Origin: Priapulus caudatus
Taxonomy: Eukaryota
Assembly (NCBI RefSeq): GCF_000485595.1
Contig: NW_014577079.1
Coordinates: 530,393 to 550,392, forward strand
DNA: 20,000 nucleotides
Reading direction: 5' to 3'
Shown: positions 1-10,723 of the stretch, piece after piece
Layout: each line of letters starts with the position of its first letter
Numbering within the stretch: the stretch's first letter is position 1
The notes under the pieces: generated by a model
Seen by the model: the letters and a program-made list of their open reading frames with translations, nothing else
Told to the model about the DNA's origin: nothing
Database searches by the model: none
Position numbers and translations under genes: made by a program

Positions 1-167
1 AACATCAATGTGAAAAACTGAGCTTCCCATCTAGCGCAAGATGTATTATCTTATTGCACAGGCTAGGATAGATATAAGCCCTGGTATAAGCTACTGATGG
101 TCAATACTGTAGCAACGACCTAGACATTGAAGAGTGATGTTCCTGATGACCACGACTTAAAAATGGA

Positions 168-246
168 AACACAATTCCATTCAAAACACAATTCCAAAAC
201 ACAATTCAATTCCAATTCCAATTCCAATTCCAAACACAATTCAATT
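168..246. repeat. (CAATTC)n / AAACACAATTCC short tandem repeat
   Basis: Repeated aattcc and aaacacaattc units. Confidence 0.8.
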
Positions 247-1930
247 TAAGACTGACTAACCCAGTGACTAACACATGGAAGACCACTTCAGACCGAAATT
301 TTTACAACAAGCGGAGTTTGATACATAATTTAAAATGCAATATAATTTATAATTTATAAATAGTTGCGCTGTACGCCCAACGTTCCTAAAAATTAAAAGG
401 GGATTGATGTTGCTAATAAGCCGGCCCCGTATTGATTGTCTGTTTACATTCACCTAGACAACCAGGTATAAATGCTACAGTGTTTTAACGCTGATCATTA
501 GGACGAAGGCTAAGGTCAGTGTGAACATGAACAAGCGAATGTATGACGGCTGCCAGTAGTACATAGAACGCGCACTTGATGAATATCACTTCACTTGATG
601 TAACCAAAAGCGGCCAAAACCAACCACGCTAAACGCTTCGTCCTCTGTTAAACTTGCACGTTAGATGCTGTTTCGCAATTTTCCATGTAGACACAATGAA
701 AGTACAAGGCCTACGAGGTAATTAAGGAGCCAAGGAACATAGAAGATAACTGCTTAAAAACGTGCTGCTGTGGCCTCTGGCATTCAGCACGATAAGCTTC
801 TATGTTACGAGTCAGGGCATAGGTGAGAGAGGTGACTGAGTGCTTGTGTCAGTGTAATATAATCGTTCTATTGTATGTTTTAAACTTCGACGTAAAACGC
901 ATTCTAATCGCCGCCGAATAATTTAGAAATCAGCTCTCGTACGAGACATTTGTGAAACGTCACTAGAATTTCAGAACGTCACATTACTCTGTTAGTGGGT
1001 TTATTTACAGAACCTAGATTCTTGAACATATATAGATCCTGAAACTGTTTCAAGTGAATGAGCGAGCAATGTTTGAGCCAAACTGGGCCTCGATTGCCGC
1101 TTCTAGAAAGACATAAATAAACATTTAACTAAATGTAATAATTGTGTAACAACAGCTATCAGGGTTTCTTATACATAAGAGGCACAGTGGCACACCGCCG
1201 TTGTCAAATTTTAATAGTTAACTATATTTTGTCAAAATAGCTCTAATGCGCTCCAATAATAGTATGCGCTCTAATAATATATAATATATAATATATATAT
1301 AAATTGCAAAAATGTTTGCTCACATATAGCATGCATAAATAACATACATTTGATCCACACCTAGTACTTACAATAAAAGCTGTATAATATTCTAGTCAGA
1401 AATCATTCATATGACCACGTGGCACAGACACAAAATGCTGAACACCGGCAGAGCAATGCACCTGCCACTAAAACCAACAACAGGACCATGTCCACAGCGT
1501 GTACCAACTCCTCTACCCGTTATAGTGTTTGTTATTGAAAGTGATGACCCTGTTTGGCCGCTATACAAAGATGAACTCTTTCTTACGCGTAAGCTGTCAG
1601 CTGTTATGCCAGCAGCTATACACACAGTAACACACACATAACGTGTGGGAAGCGGTAAAAACAGGCTGACTGAAGACGCTTGTAAGGTAAGATTTGTGTT
1701 TTAACACATAGAACACCCACGTGATGAATACGTACCACCTCGCTTGATGTAATCCAACGCAGCAAGGGTGCCGAAATTTAGCCCGCGCTTTCCACGTTGG
1801 CACTTTAGCGAAACAATAGTTTCACGATGTAATGTTGTGAAAGGCGTCACATTTCCTTTTTTCACAATTAATTATTAGTCCCTCCAACCTAGACACCGCC
1901 CACACGCACACACAAGCAGTCACATGGATG

Positions 1931-2029
1931 GAGAGACAGAGAAAGAGAGCGAGAGAGGCAGAAAGAGAGAGGGGGAGATCGAGCAAGCTAGCAAGCGAGA
2001 GAGGGGAGAGGGAGAGCGATCGAGCGAGC

Positions 2030-2063
<34 letters not shown>

Positions 2064-2064
2064 T

Positions 2065-2100
<36 letters not shown>
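1931..2100. repeat. (GA)n-rich microsatellite
   Basis: GA, GAGC and GAGATA purine tract. Confidence 0.95.
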
Positions 2101-3069
2101 CGCTAGCTGAGTCAACTTTAACCATATTAAACTGGCCATATAAGACAAACCTTAATTGTCACAGAATTGTCTTGCCATTCAATTTTCTTCGAACAAAATA
2201 AATTCGTAATCACACTCAAACATAGATAAATATTGATGTGGGCACTATCTTACACAAATACATCCTAATCACGAAATTAAATTTTGCATTGAAAATTCAC
2301 CACAAAAATGTCCATAATCACGCACAAATTGAAGATTAGTAAATTTCCAGATTATATGCCAACTTAATAGAAACCAAATGTTGACTTGGTTTTACGTTTG
2401 TACTAGCTACTTAAACTATTAGCATTAAGCATTAGTACTAACTATATGCTTAGCCACATTTTAAAATTCAGTACTTCCTTCATTTTGAGGCTTTGTCCAC
2501 CGAGACACTGACCACAATTAGTTTATTATTAAACTGTACCACTATTAAAAGTATACACTATTATAACTTTAATGCTTTACTCTTACATATCGCAAAAAGT
2601 AGTGCTTGCGTTGTATGTTGAAACTAATTATAGCAGAGTAATTATAAGTAGTAGGAGAAATCCACCAAGAGAGAAATCATAGCGTCAGAGTAACAGAAAT
2701 ATTTGATCTGCAGCAGTGAGAACCTGAAATTATTTAATGAACTCTACGGGGTTACACATTTCGAATTTTTTAGAATTTTTGAATATTTACAGAACGGCAG
2801 GGTAAAGAACGTATGGAAAGAATAAACCGCGAACCTTCGGGTTCCGTGCCACGCGGGCACGCGAAGCAATTAAGGGGTTATACTTTGCGGAGATTCATTA
2901 GAAAAAAAACCTATACAAAAACTCCGCGGACACCATGAAACAGATTACCTTGTACTAAGTGTTAATTTTTATCCAGTACCCGCCACTAGCCGATTTTTAA
3001 ATAACTTTACAATGCAATTTACATAAAGTCGAGGGAGAGCCGACAGCGGTCAATGCTGATTGAAAATGC

Positions 3070-3124
3070 GCTTTCAACTAGCAACTCATGCTTTCAACTA
3101 GCAACTTTTTAACTAGCAACTCAT
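3070..3124. repeat. Short tandem triplication
   Basis: GCTTTCAACTAGCAACT twice, plus a third AACTAGCAACTCAT. Confidence 0.75.
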
Positions 3125-3539
3125 CACGCAGACAGTGGGAGGCGTCCACATTAAACGTGGCAGGAATCGTCAAGACTGGCAGCATTCTGCGACTGATCAC
3201 ATTAACAAGCGAACGAACTGTATGCAAGCTCAAACATCAATGCACTCCTTCATTCATACAACAAGATTACCAGGGAACAATGCAATATACGTTCGTTGCT
3301 TAGTTGCTCGTTGCTCGTTGCAATATACGTTCGTTAGCTCGAACATCAAAAGCTGTAACCCCGATCCTGGTGGGCTTGCAAAATCCTATTTCGACGACAC
3401 ATTATTTGTCCAGCTGAGCATGCATAGGGGTTTTCCAGAAAATATCGAGTATTGCAACGCCAAATTATAGTGTCGCGATGTTTTGCACGTGCCAAAATAA
3501 ATAGAATATATGTGTAATGTACGTACGTCTGTATATATG

Positions 3540-4375
3540 CAAGAGTAGATAATAACACAAGGGTGAGACACCCGATTCCCGCATTTTTAACCGATTTTTC
3601 TCATCAAAATTTGCCACCAATAAAGAAGCAAGTGTATACGTTCCTCAGCTTATTATGACCACTAATCACTCATCTTCGTGGTACTGATATTCGTTTACAT
3701 ATATTTGCTAGCGTATTGCTGTATATCGTAATCTTGCACGAGCTGAATTCGCACAATTTACCGCTATTCTGTCAGGTGTTAAGACAACTTTCGAAGTTAT
3801 CGTGGCGCCAATATTTTGCAACGGACGGTTTCCAAATCATTCGTGCCCCGATAGGGGTTTAATGTACTTGATTACCTGCGCGTGCGTAATGTGATACTTA
3901 CTGCAAACTTCTACAGAGAATATTGTTATTATTGTATTATTACTTATGTAAGATAGTATGTCAATTTCTTGTGTTGCGATCACAATAACTGAGTGCGTCT
4001 CTCGGTTCCTCACGAGATCAAAATTCGAAATTTAGATTGTCTCTCAACCCTATCGGGGCACGAATGATTTGGAAGCAGTCCGTTGCTAAATATTGGCGCC
4101 ACTATAACTTCAAAATTTGTCTTAACACCTCACACAATAGCGCCATTTTAGCGGTAAATTGTGCGAATTTAGCTCGTGGAAGATTACGATTTACAGCAAT
4201 TCGCTAGCAAATATATGTAAACGAATATCAGTACCACGAAGGTGAGTGATTAGTGGTCATAATAAGCTGACGAACGTATACACTTGCTTCTTTATTGGTG
4301 GCAAATTTTGATGAGAAAAATCGGTTAAAAATGCGGTAATCGAGTGTCTCACTCTTGTGTTATTATCTACTCTTG
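3540..4375. mobile_element. Non-autonomous foldback DNA transposon (long TIRs, 7-bp TSD; possibly P superfamily)
   Basis: Inverted arms 3540-3856 and 4048-4375 differ by ~17 mismatches (manual count) plus one 11-nt indel, around a ~190-bp spacer. Termini CAAGAGTAG...CTACTCTTG. Direct repeat ATATATG at 3533-3539 and 4376-4382. Confidence 0.85.
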
Positions 4376-6266
4376 ATATATGCTTGATGTTTGCGAGAAA
4401 AAAACAGCGCATTTTTGCGTTCAGTTTTTACGATGATATCAGAATGTAACGTTATCATGGGCGTATCATCACGATGACAGCATACTCTAATGAGCACGAA
4501 TATACACTCTGTTGTGCATGCAGATGCATTTCGTTGCAGTATGATATAATACCCAAAAAGTCTCAAGCATCTTAGATTGACATTTTGCAAGCCACCTCTT
4601 GGCATTTCAGGAGCACTGCCACGGACAACGACCACCCTTGAAAGGACACAAATGTTCGCTCGAGCAAGTGATGCGTTCTGCATGACTGCGAAGAGAAACA
4701 GACTGATTCTATGTCCCTGCGGCCGCCACAGATTCGCAGAGACTTACAGAGCCTGTCTAGGGAACGAGCGCAGAATGCCTGCGCGCGCACAGAAGCATTC
4801 CGCGCCAGCTACATGCGAAGCCATAATTCGTGTCTTTACAGTTTCGAAGTTCCTTCTCGCCGAATCATATGCCTTCAGCTGCCGCACAGTCTCAAGGCGA
4901 GGTGCAAGCAATCGTCAGCCATATCAACCAATTTTAAAATATGCGAGGCCGCCCACCGAGTGTTTATTGAACAAGTGTAGCCTTCAAACACTCGCTCTGA
5001 ACACGCGGAGAGAAGTTAATTACAGGCCGCACTGCGTCATCCCCGATGTACGACTCTCTAATTACAAACATGCTTCCATCTCCGAAGACGGCGCGAAGGG
5101 CGTCATTACAGCGCGTTAACTCGTACGTGCATTTACCGGCCGACATACATCGACGGCGTCGGCGAACGCAATGAGCGTGGTAACCATGACAATGCAGCCT
5201 CCGTTAAAGACACTCGCCGTAGTCACAGCCGGCTGACACAAAAATGCGCCGCCGATCACGTCTTCTCCGATAGCGAATTGCTGCATAAGACAACGAGATA
5301 CAGCCCGCTCTGTCTAGAAATACAAACATCGTTCAGGACGTTAATGCTGTAGCAGTGAAATATTGCCGGTGGCAGCTGGTGAGCTGAGGAGAGGTAAAGA
5401 GAAGATGCAGGCGAATATCCAGCCAGAACAGGCAAGTAAATGATCAAACGCTCAGATCACAGGGAACAACGAGGGAATTATATTTACGTTGGGACAGCCA
5501 GCGAGAAGAGACGCCACGCTAATAAGTCAATCCAACTATGGCACGGATACATTGCAACTCCACTGGGCTCTCTTTTTCGATGGTAACGTTAGTTTGCATG
5601 CTTAGATGTAAAAATCGGCTGTGCACATACCATTTCCACAGCCATAATAGCTTGCCCAAACACACAGCTGTGGATGTGGAACGGGTTACTGTTAGACCCT
5701 AGCATGCAAATTAGCCTTCGCCTGCCTGTTACGAAGCATACATGTGGGTCTCTCATATTATATGGTAATTTCTCCATCTGCCCCGCAGCACTTTCGCGAT
5801 GTCTGAAATGACAGTGGAATTTTTCATCTTGCCTCGGGGCACGCTTGATCCTCGAAAAATATTTATTTTGCAAATTTTGTCGCCACCGAATGACAGCCCT
5901 AATACATTCCAGCTAAATTTCAATATATATCGGGCGGCAATTCAGCAAATTTCACTCGAACAAAGCCAATCGTGTGCAAAGCATCCAGTGAGCACACACG
6001 GAGTCAGACATTCCCCGGGGTTGTGTGTAAATACCACTGGATCGATAGTAGGCCTTCCTCTGTACATCTAGTGCCAGGGTGCAAGCTCTACACATGCCCT
6101 TCTGCTAGCCGTCTCCAATTGTTTACTATTCGCCCGACACGCCGCCATAGGGTCAGTCTACCCGCTTACCCCGCCCATCCATTAAGGGTCTTCGTATGCC
6201 TACCGATAAATGAACATGCATAATGACAAGATTTTAGATGTTCTCTGAATTGGAATTTCTCTCACT

Positions 6267-6280
6267 GTTTCCATGGCAAC
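6267..6280. promoter_or_regulatory. RFX X-box motif
   Basis: GTTTCCATGGCAAC matches the palindromic X-box GTTNCC-AT-GGNAAC. Confidence 0.55.
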
Positions 6281-6495
6281 CACACCATAACTTATTGACC
6301 GACATATCAGACTTTCAACAAAGCAAACAAGAGACATCAATAAATTTGAACGCGGCTTGCCACCGATGAAGAGCGAGCTAGGGACAAAAAAGGGGCCACA
6401 TTTCTTAGCGTTTCGGCTGTGGTTGCTATGATTGAATCCGACCGTGCGAGCAGAGTGCCAATTACCGACGTGTAGCGGTCGCACTGTAGGGCAGA

Positions 6496-6530
6496 CGGCG
6501 GCGGCGGCGGCGGCGGCAGCAGCAGCAGCA
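6496..6530. repeat. (GGC)n(AGC)n trinucleotide microsatellite
   Basis: cggcggcggcggcggcggcggcagcagcagcagca. Confidence 0.9.
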
Positions 6531-7588
6531 TCGTTCATGCCTCCCCGCATCCCGCGGACAATACTACGACAACACAAAGCTGTAGCGAAGGTGGGGGGAG
6601 AGAGAGGAACCATGCATTCACGTGTGTGTGCGCCCGCGGGCTCGGCCCAACCATCGCACGGGAGGGCACGGCGGCGGGAAACAAACCAGCGATGACAGCG
6701 GGCTATTTCTAGGTTTCAGTTTTCATCAGAAATGTCATGTTTTTGCAACGAGTTATTGATTTCTTACAGTCTGATGAATAATTTACTATCTGCGTCCTGG
6801 CATTTTCCATGAGTCTATTTTGTTATGTGGTAGTTTTTGCATTTGCCTGCCCTCTGTACAGTAATTGAATAATACCAACGTTTTACGCTTGGAAAGCTAA
6901 ATAACCCGGAGCTTCCGAGGGAAATTTCAGGCTTCAAAATAGAAAAGTCTTCAGACAGGCATTACGTTAACCACGGTTTACAACATGTACAAGAGTTCTT
7001 ATTTGCTGACCACAAAATATTGCGGTTGCGTTCATACGTTTCGGCTAAAGCACTGGTTATTTTGCTAGCTATATTGATAAACGACATTTGAGGAGGAATA
7101 TAAACCTCACCATCTCTGCCCTATACACACCTCCAACAAGACAATCGTTCAGCCCATCATAATTGATGACACGGAGACAATTACACTTTTGCTGTTGCAA
7201 TCAAATGCATTTCCACGCAGTAGCGCATTACCGTACACATACTCGTGATTATAGCACGTATGTGTGCGCGTGCGTGCGTGCATGCCCGTGTGTTCGTGCG
7301 TGCGTAAACTCCTGGTTCAAGCATCACGCTAACGACTGTATAATGGAACGACAAATGTGAAGCAACCGAATGTCTAGATGGAAAAAATGTGTTTGCCCTA
7401 CCACCCCACACACGCGCATCTCAAATGCATGGCGTAAGGTCGTGAAATACGGGAAGAAAATTACAAAATAATTCATTTTCGGACTATTATGTCTGTTGTC
7501 ATGGTGAAGCCGTCACAGCCGAGAGCTAGCTGCATGATTGCTGCCAACACTTTTTCGTAAATTCCCGAGTTACGTGTACGGTTGCTCT

Positions 7589-7661
7589 ATTTGTCAATTC
7601 GAGTTTAGTCTACGCTATACACCCACAAGGTGCAGCGTAGACTAAACTCGATATGACAAAT
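7589..7661. repeat. 73-nt inverted repeat (hairpin); collapsed MITE or pre-miRNA-like
   Basis: ATTTGTCAatTCGAGTTTAGTCTACGCTataCACC-cacaa-GGTGcAGCGTAGACTAAACTCGAtaTGACAAAT; 18-bp perfect core stem; no TSD seen. Confidence 0.75.
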
Positions 7662-8521
7662 TTAAAATTTGTGAAAGCCTCATTAATAATTAATTGATTC
7701 AAATCAGTTTGGTGCATTGCATTAATGTGAAGATTCACTGATTAAATCCGCACGCAACGCAAATCTGCATGTGTGCCACTTTTTTTAGTCTGAATTCCAC
7801 CAAAATCGTCAATGGTAACATGTACGCGATATAATTTTTCAAGTACAAACACAACACAAGTAGCTTGGGGTTTTTTATTATCGCGAATGCAAGTCCGTAT
7901 TGCCTACTGTAGCGAACACTTGCTAATTGAATATTCGCATTTGACTAGCGGCACCCACGCATGTACGCAGTTCGCACGCCGATGCTACAACACTTGATAC
8001 TTGCTTGCCACTGCGTGTCCTGCAATCTTCGTGCGGCTCGCGTAATTAGCCCAAGTAAAATTTGAAGGGAACTATACCTAATTGCGATATATCGATTTTG
8101 TAGTCATTTATGTGTTAAAATTGCAATTAGCACGAGCAACTGTGCACCTGCAGCAGAAGCCGAGTGTTCAGACACATGCAGGTTTGATCACACACACAGG
8201 CCTTGCGATAAACAGCCGTTTTATTAAAACCGCTATAGTGTTAGCCTCGCCTAATATAGACCGGTTAAAAAACACGTTGCTTGCAGCTGCTACGAGCTGA
8301 TCGGCAAGCAAAACCGGCGACTGGCTGATATTTTAAAATTCGACATGTTTACAACGAGGTGACTTTAAAATTTGATCAATTCGATAAACGTGACGTCTCG
8401 CCCATGTGTACATCCCATAGCGGTACGATCTGACCTATACCCTTCCTCTCTTTTGAAAAACCTTTACCGTTTACCCTTCCTCGCTCGTACTAATCTCTAG
8501 TGACTCTATAGTCTCACGCCT

Positions 8522-8990
8522 TCATGGTGATCTTTATCTCTATTCTCATCCATGATAATTTCTACACTGACTCCCTCAAGATAAACTCTATCATCACTCT
8601 CCCATGATAACCACTATCCTCCCTCATGACAATGTCTATCGTTACATCTTCATGCTAGTCGATATCTGTACTCCCTCATACTGTTCTCTATCCTCACTCC
8701 CTCATGCCGACTTCTATCCTCAATCATGATCATTTCTATCCTCCCTCTCTCGTGATAATCTCTATCCATGCACACTCATTAAAATGTCTAATCTCACTAC
8801 CCCTATGTTAATCCATATTCTCATTATCGCGTGATATTCTCTATTCTCATTCCCCCATGATATTCTCTATTCTCATTCCACCATGATATTCTCTATTCTC
8901 ATTCCCCCATGATATTCTCATTCCCCCACGATATTCTCTATGCTCATTCTCTCATGCTACCTTTATGATAATCTATATCCTCACTAACCC
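8522..8990. repeat. Degenerate 26-bp minisatellite
   Basis: Unit GATATTCTCTATTCTCATTCCCCCAT, near-perfect at 8833-8910 and increasingly diverged outward; roughly 17-18 units. Confidence 0.85.
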
Positions 8991-9050
8991 CCATCTTCAC
9001 GCTCACGCCTCGACATCCTCGCTAGCTCGTCATATAATCTCCACCACCGC

Positions 9051-9109
9051 TAGCTCTAGAACTATAGCCCTTCGCTCTGTCACAGCGAAGGGCTCTAGTT
9101 CTAGAGCTA
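9051..9109. mobile_element. 59-bp palindromic TIR-only insertion with 9-bp TSD
   Basis: TAGCTCTAGAACTATAGCCCTTCGCT-ctgtcac-AGCGAAGGGCTCTAGTTCTAGAGCTA (25/26 paired), flanked by CACCACCGC at 9042-9050 and 9110-9118. Confidence 0.8.
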
Positions 9110-9120
9110 CACCACCGCTA

Positions 9121-9600
<480 letters not shown>

Positions 9601-10431
9601 TCAGAATTCAGCAGAGTGGAATGAGCAGTAAAACCCCATTCCGCATCATCGCTATTCGCGCTCGATACAGCACGTATGCAAATCGAACACAGACGCCGCC
9701 TCATTTACTTCCCTTTCCCTCCTGTATCACGAAGAGCGGGGGGGGTGGAGAAGCGAAGACGTCGTTCATTAGTGCACATTCTGATTTTAATGCGTACAGC
9801 TGCTTCTGATCCCAGAATAAATAGACGGCAGCAAAACCGGCGCGCGCGTGCCGTGCGCGGTGCATTCCTCTCTTCCCCCAGCCCCCACCCTCGGGGTAAA
9901 GCTTCATTCTCGCAGTAAAGTGAAGTAAACAGGCGGCGCACTTCACCCAGACATAAAAAAATCAACCCTGAAATTATCGCAGAATCTAGGCCTGTGCATG
10001 TGCGCGCGAGTACAGCAGCTCGCGCGTGCCCACATACTGGCATTAACAGTGAGGAATACTTTGAAGGGCTCGACATGCACGACATTGGCACGTGTTGAGG
10101 GAAGAGGCCGAACACACGCGAGGACGTACAGCGATACAAAATCCATATCACGAGTCGCCAGACACGCTATTAACTGGCCAGACCCATCTCATAGATCTAC
10201 TTCCAGCTTGACACAAATTAAACAACAAGGGAAATAAAAACGTACGAAATTAGTAAATGTTAATTACGTGTTGATGTTCAAATATGGGCACATTGAAATA
10301 CCAACTGCCAGCCTCGTATGGCAGTTTGACTTGCTGAATACACAATATTGTAATCATTAATGGCGTAAACCTGCACCTTATTTTACATGATGATTAAAAA
10401 TAGCCATATATTGACACCTTGTACTGGTCAG

Positions 10432-10568
10432 GGGCCTATTGTCAGAAACACTATAAATAGTAGTGTCTATGATGTCTACACAATTTCACGACTTTTGCAC
10501 GACGACTTTTAAGTCATCATGACATTTTAGACACGATGTTACATCAATGATGATTCTGACAAAGGCCC
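10432..10568. mobile_element. Degenerate MITE with GGGCC termini (PIF/Harbinger-like)
   Basis: GGGCCTATTGTCAGAA (10432-10447) and TTCTGACAAAGGCCC (10554-10568) are inverted repeats with one indel. TSD unclear. Confidence 0.45.
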
Positions 10569-10686
10569 ACATGCAGTTTTTAAAACTACCGGCACATCTG
10601 CCATTATATTCGTATTATACCAAATAACACAGAAACAAAGAACACTACCCATGTAGAGGTACGTAGACTAGTGAATCCATATATAT

Positions 10687-10723
10687 CAGGAGTGTATAAT
10701 GAAGTTGATATTATACACTCCTG
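10687..10723. mobile_element. 37-bp palindromic TIR-only insertion with probable 8-bp TSD (ATATATAT)
   Basis: CAGGAGTGTATAAT-gaagttgat-ATTATACACTCCTG, flanked by ATATATAT at 10679-10686 and 10724-10731. With flanks it forms a perfect 23-bp stem (10678-10732). Confidence 0.6.

Noticed and set aside
4577..5119. 180-aa plus-strand ORF
   Set aside because: Non-ATG start, no recognisable domain, composition typical of a chance ORF in CpG-rich DNA.
6200..6695. Poly-Ala ORFs on both strands
   Set aside because: Explained by the (GGC)n(AGC)n microsatellite; no ELAV or other homology.
8522..8990. CRISPR-like array
   Set aside because: Contiguous tandem units without unique spacers, in a eukaryotic intron.
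10443..10471. Small palindrome CAGAAACACTA..TAGTGTCTATG as another mini-element
   Set aside because: Two mismatches in 11 bp, no TSD, and it overlaps the left TIR of the 10432-10568 element.
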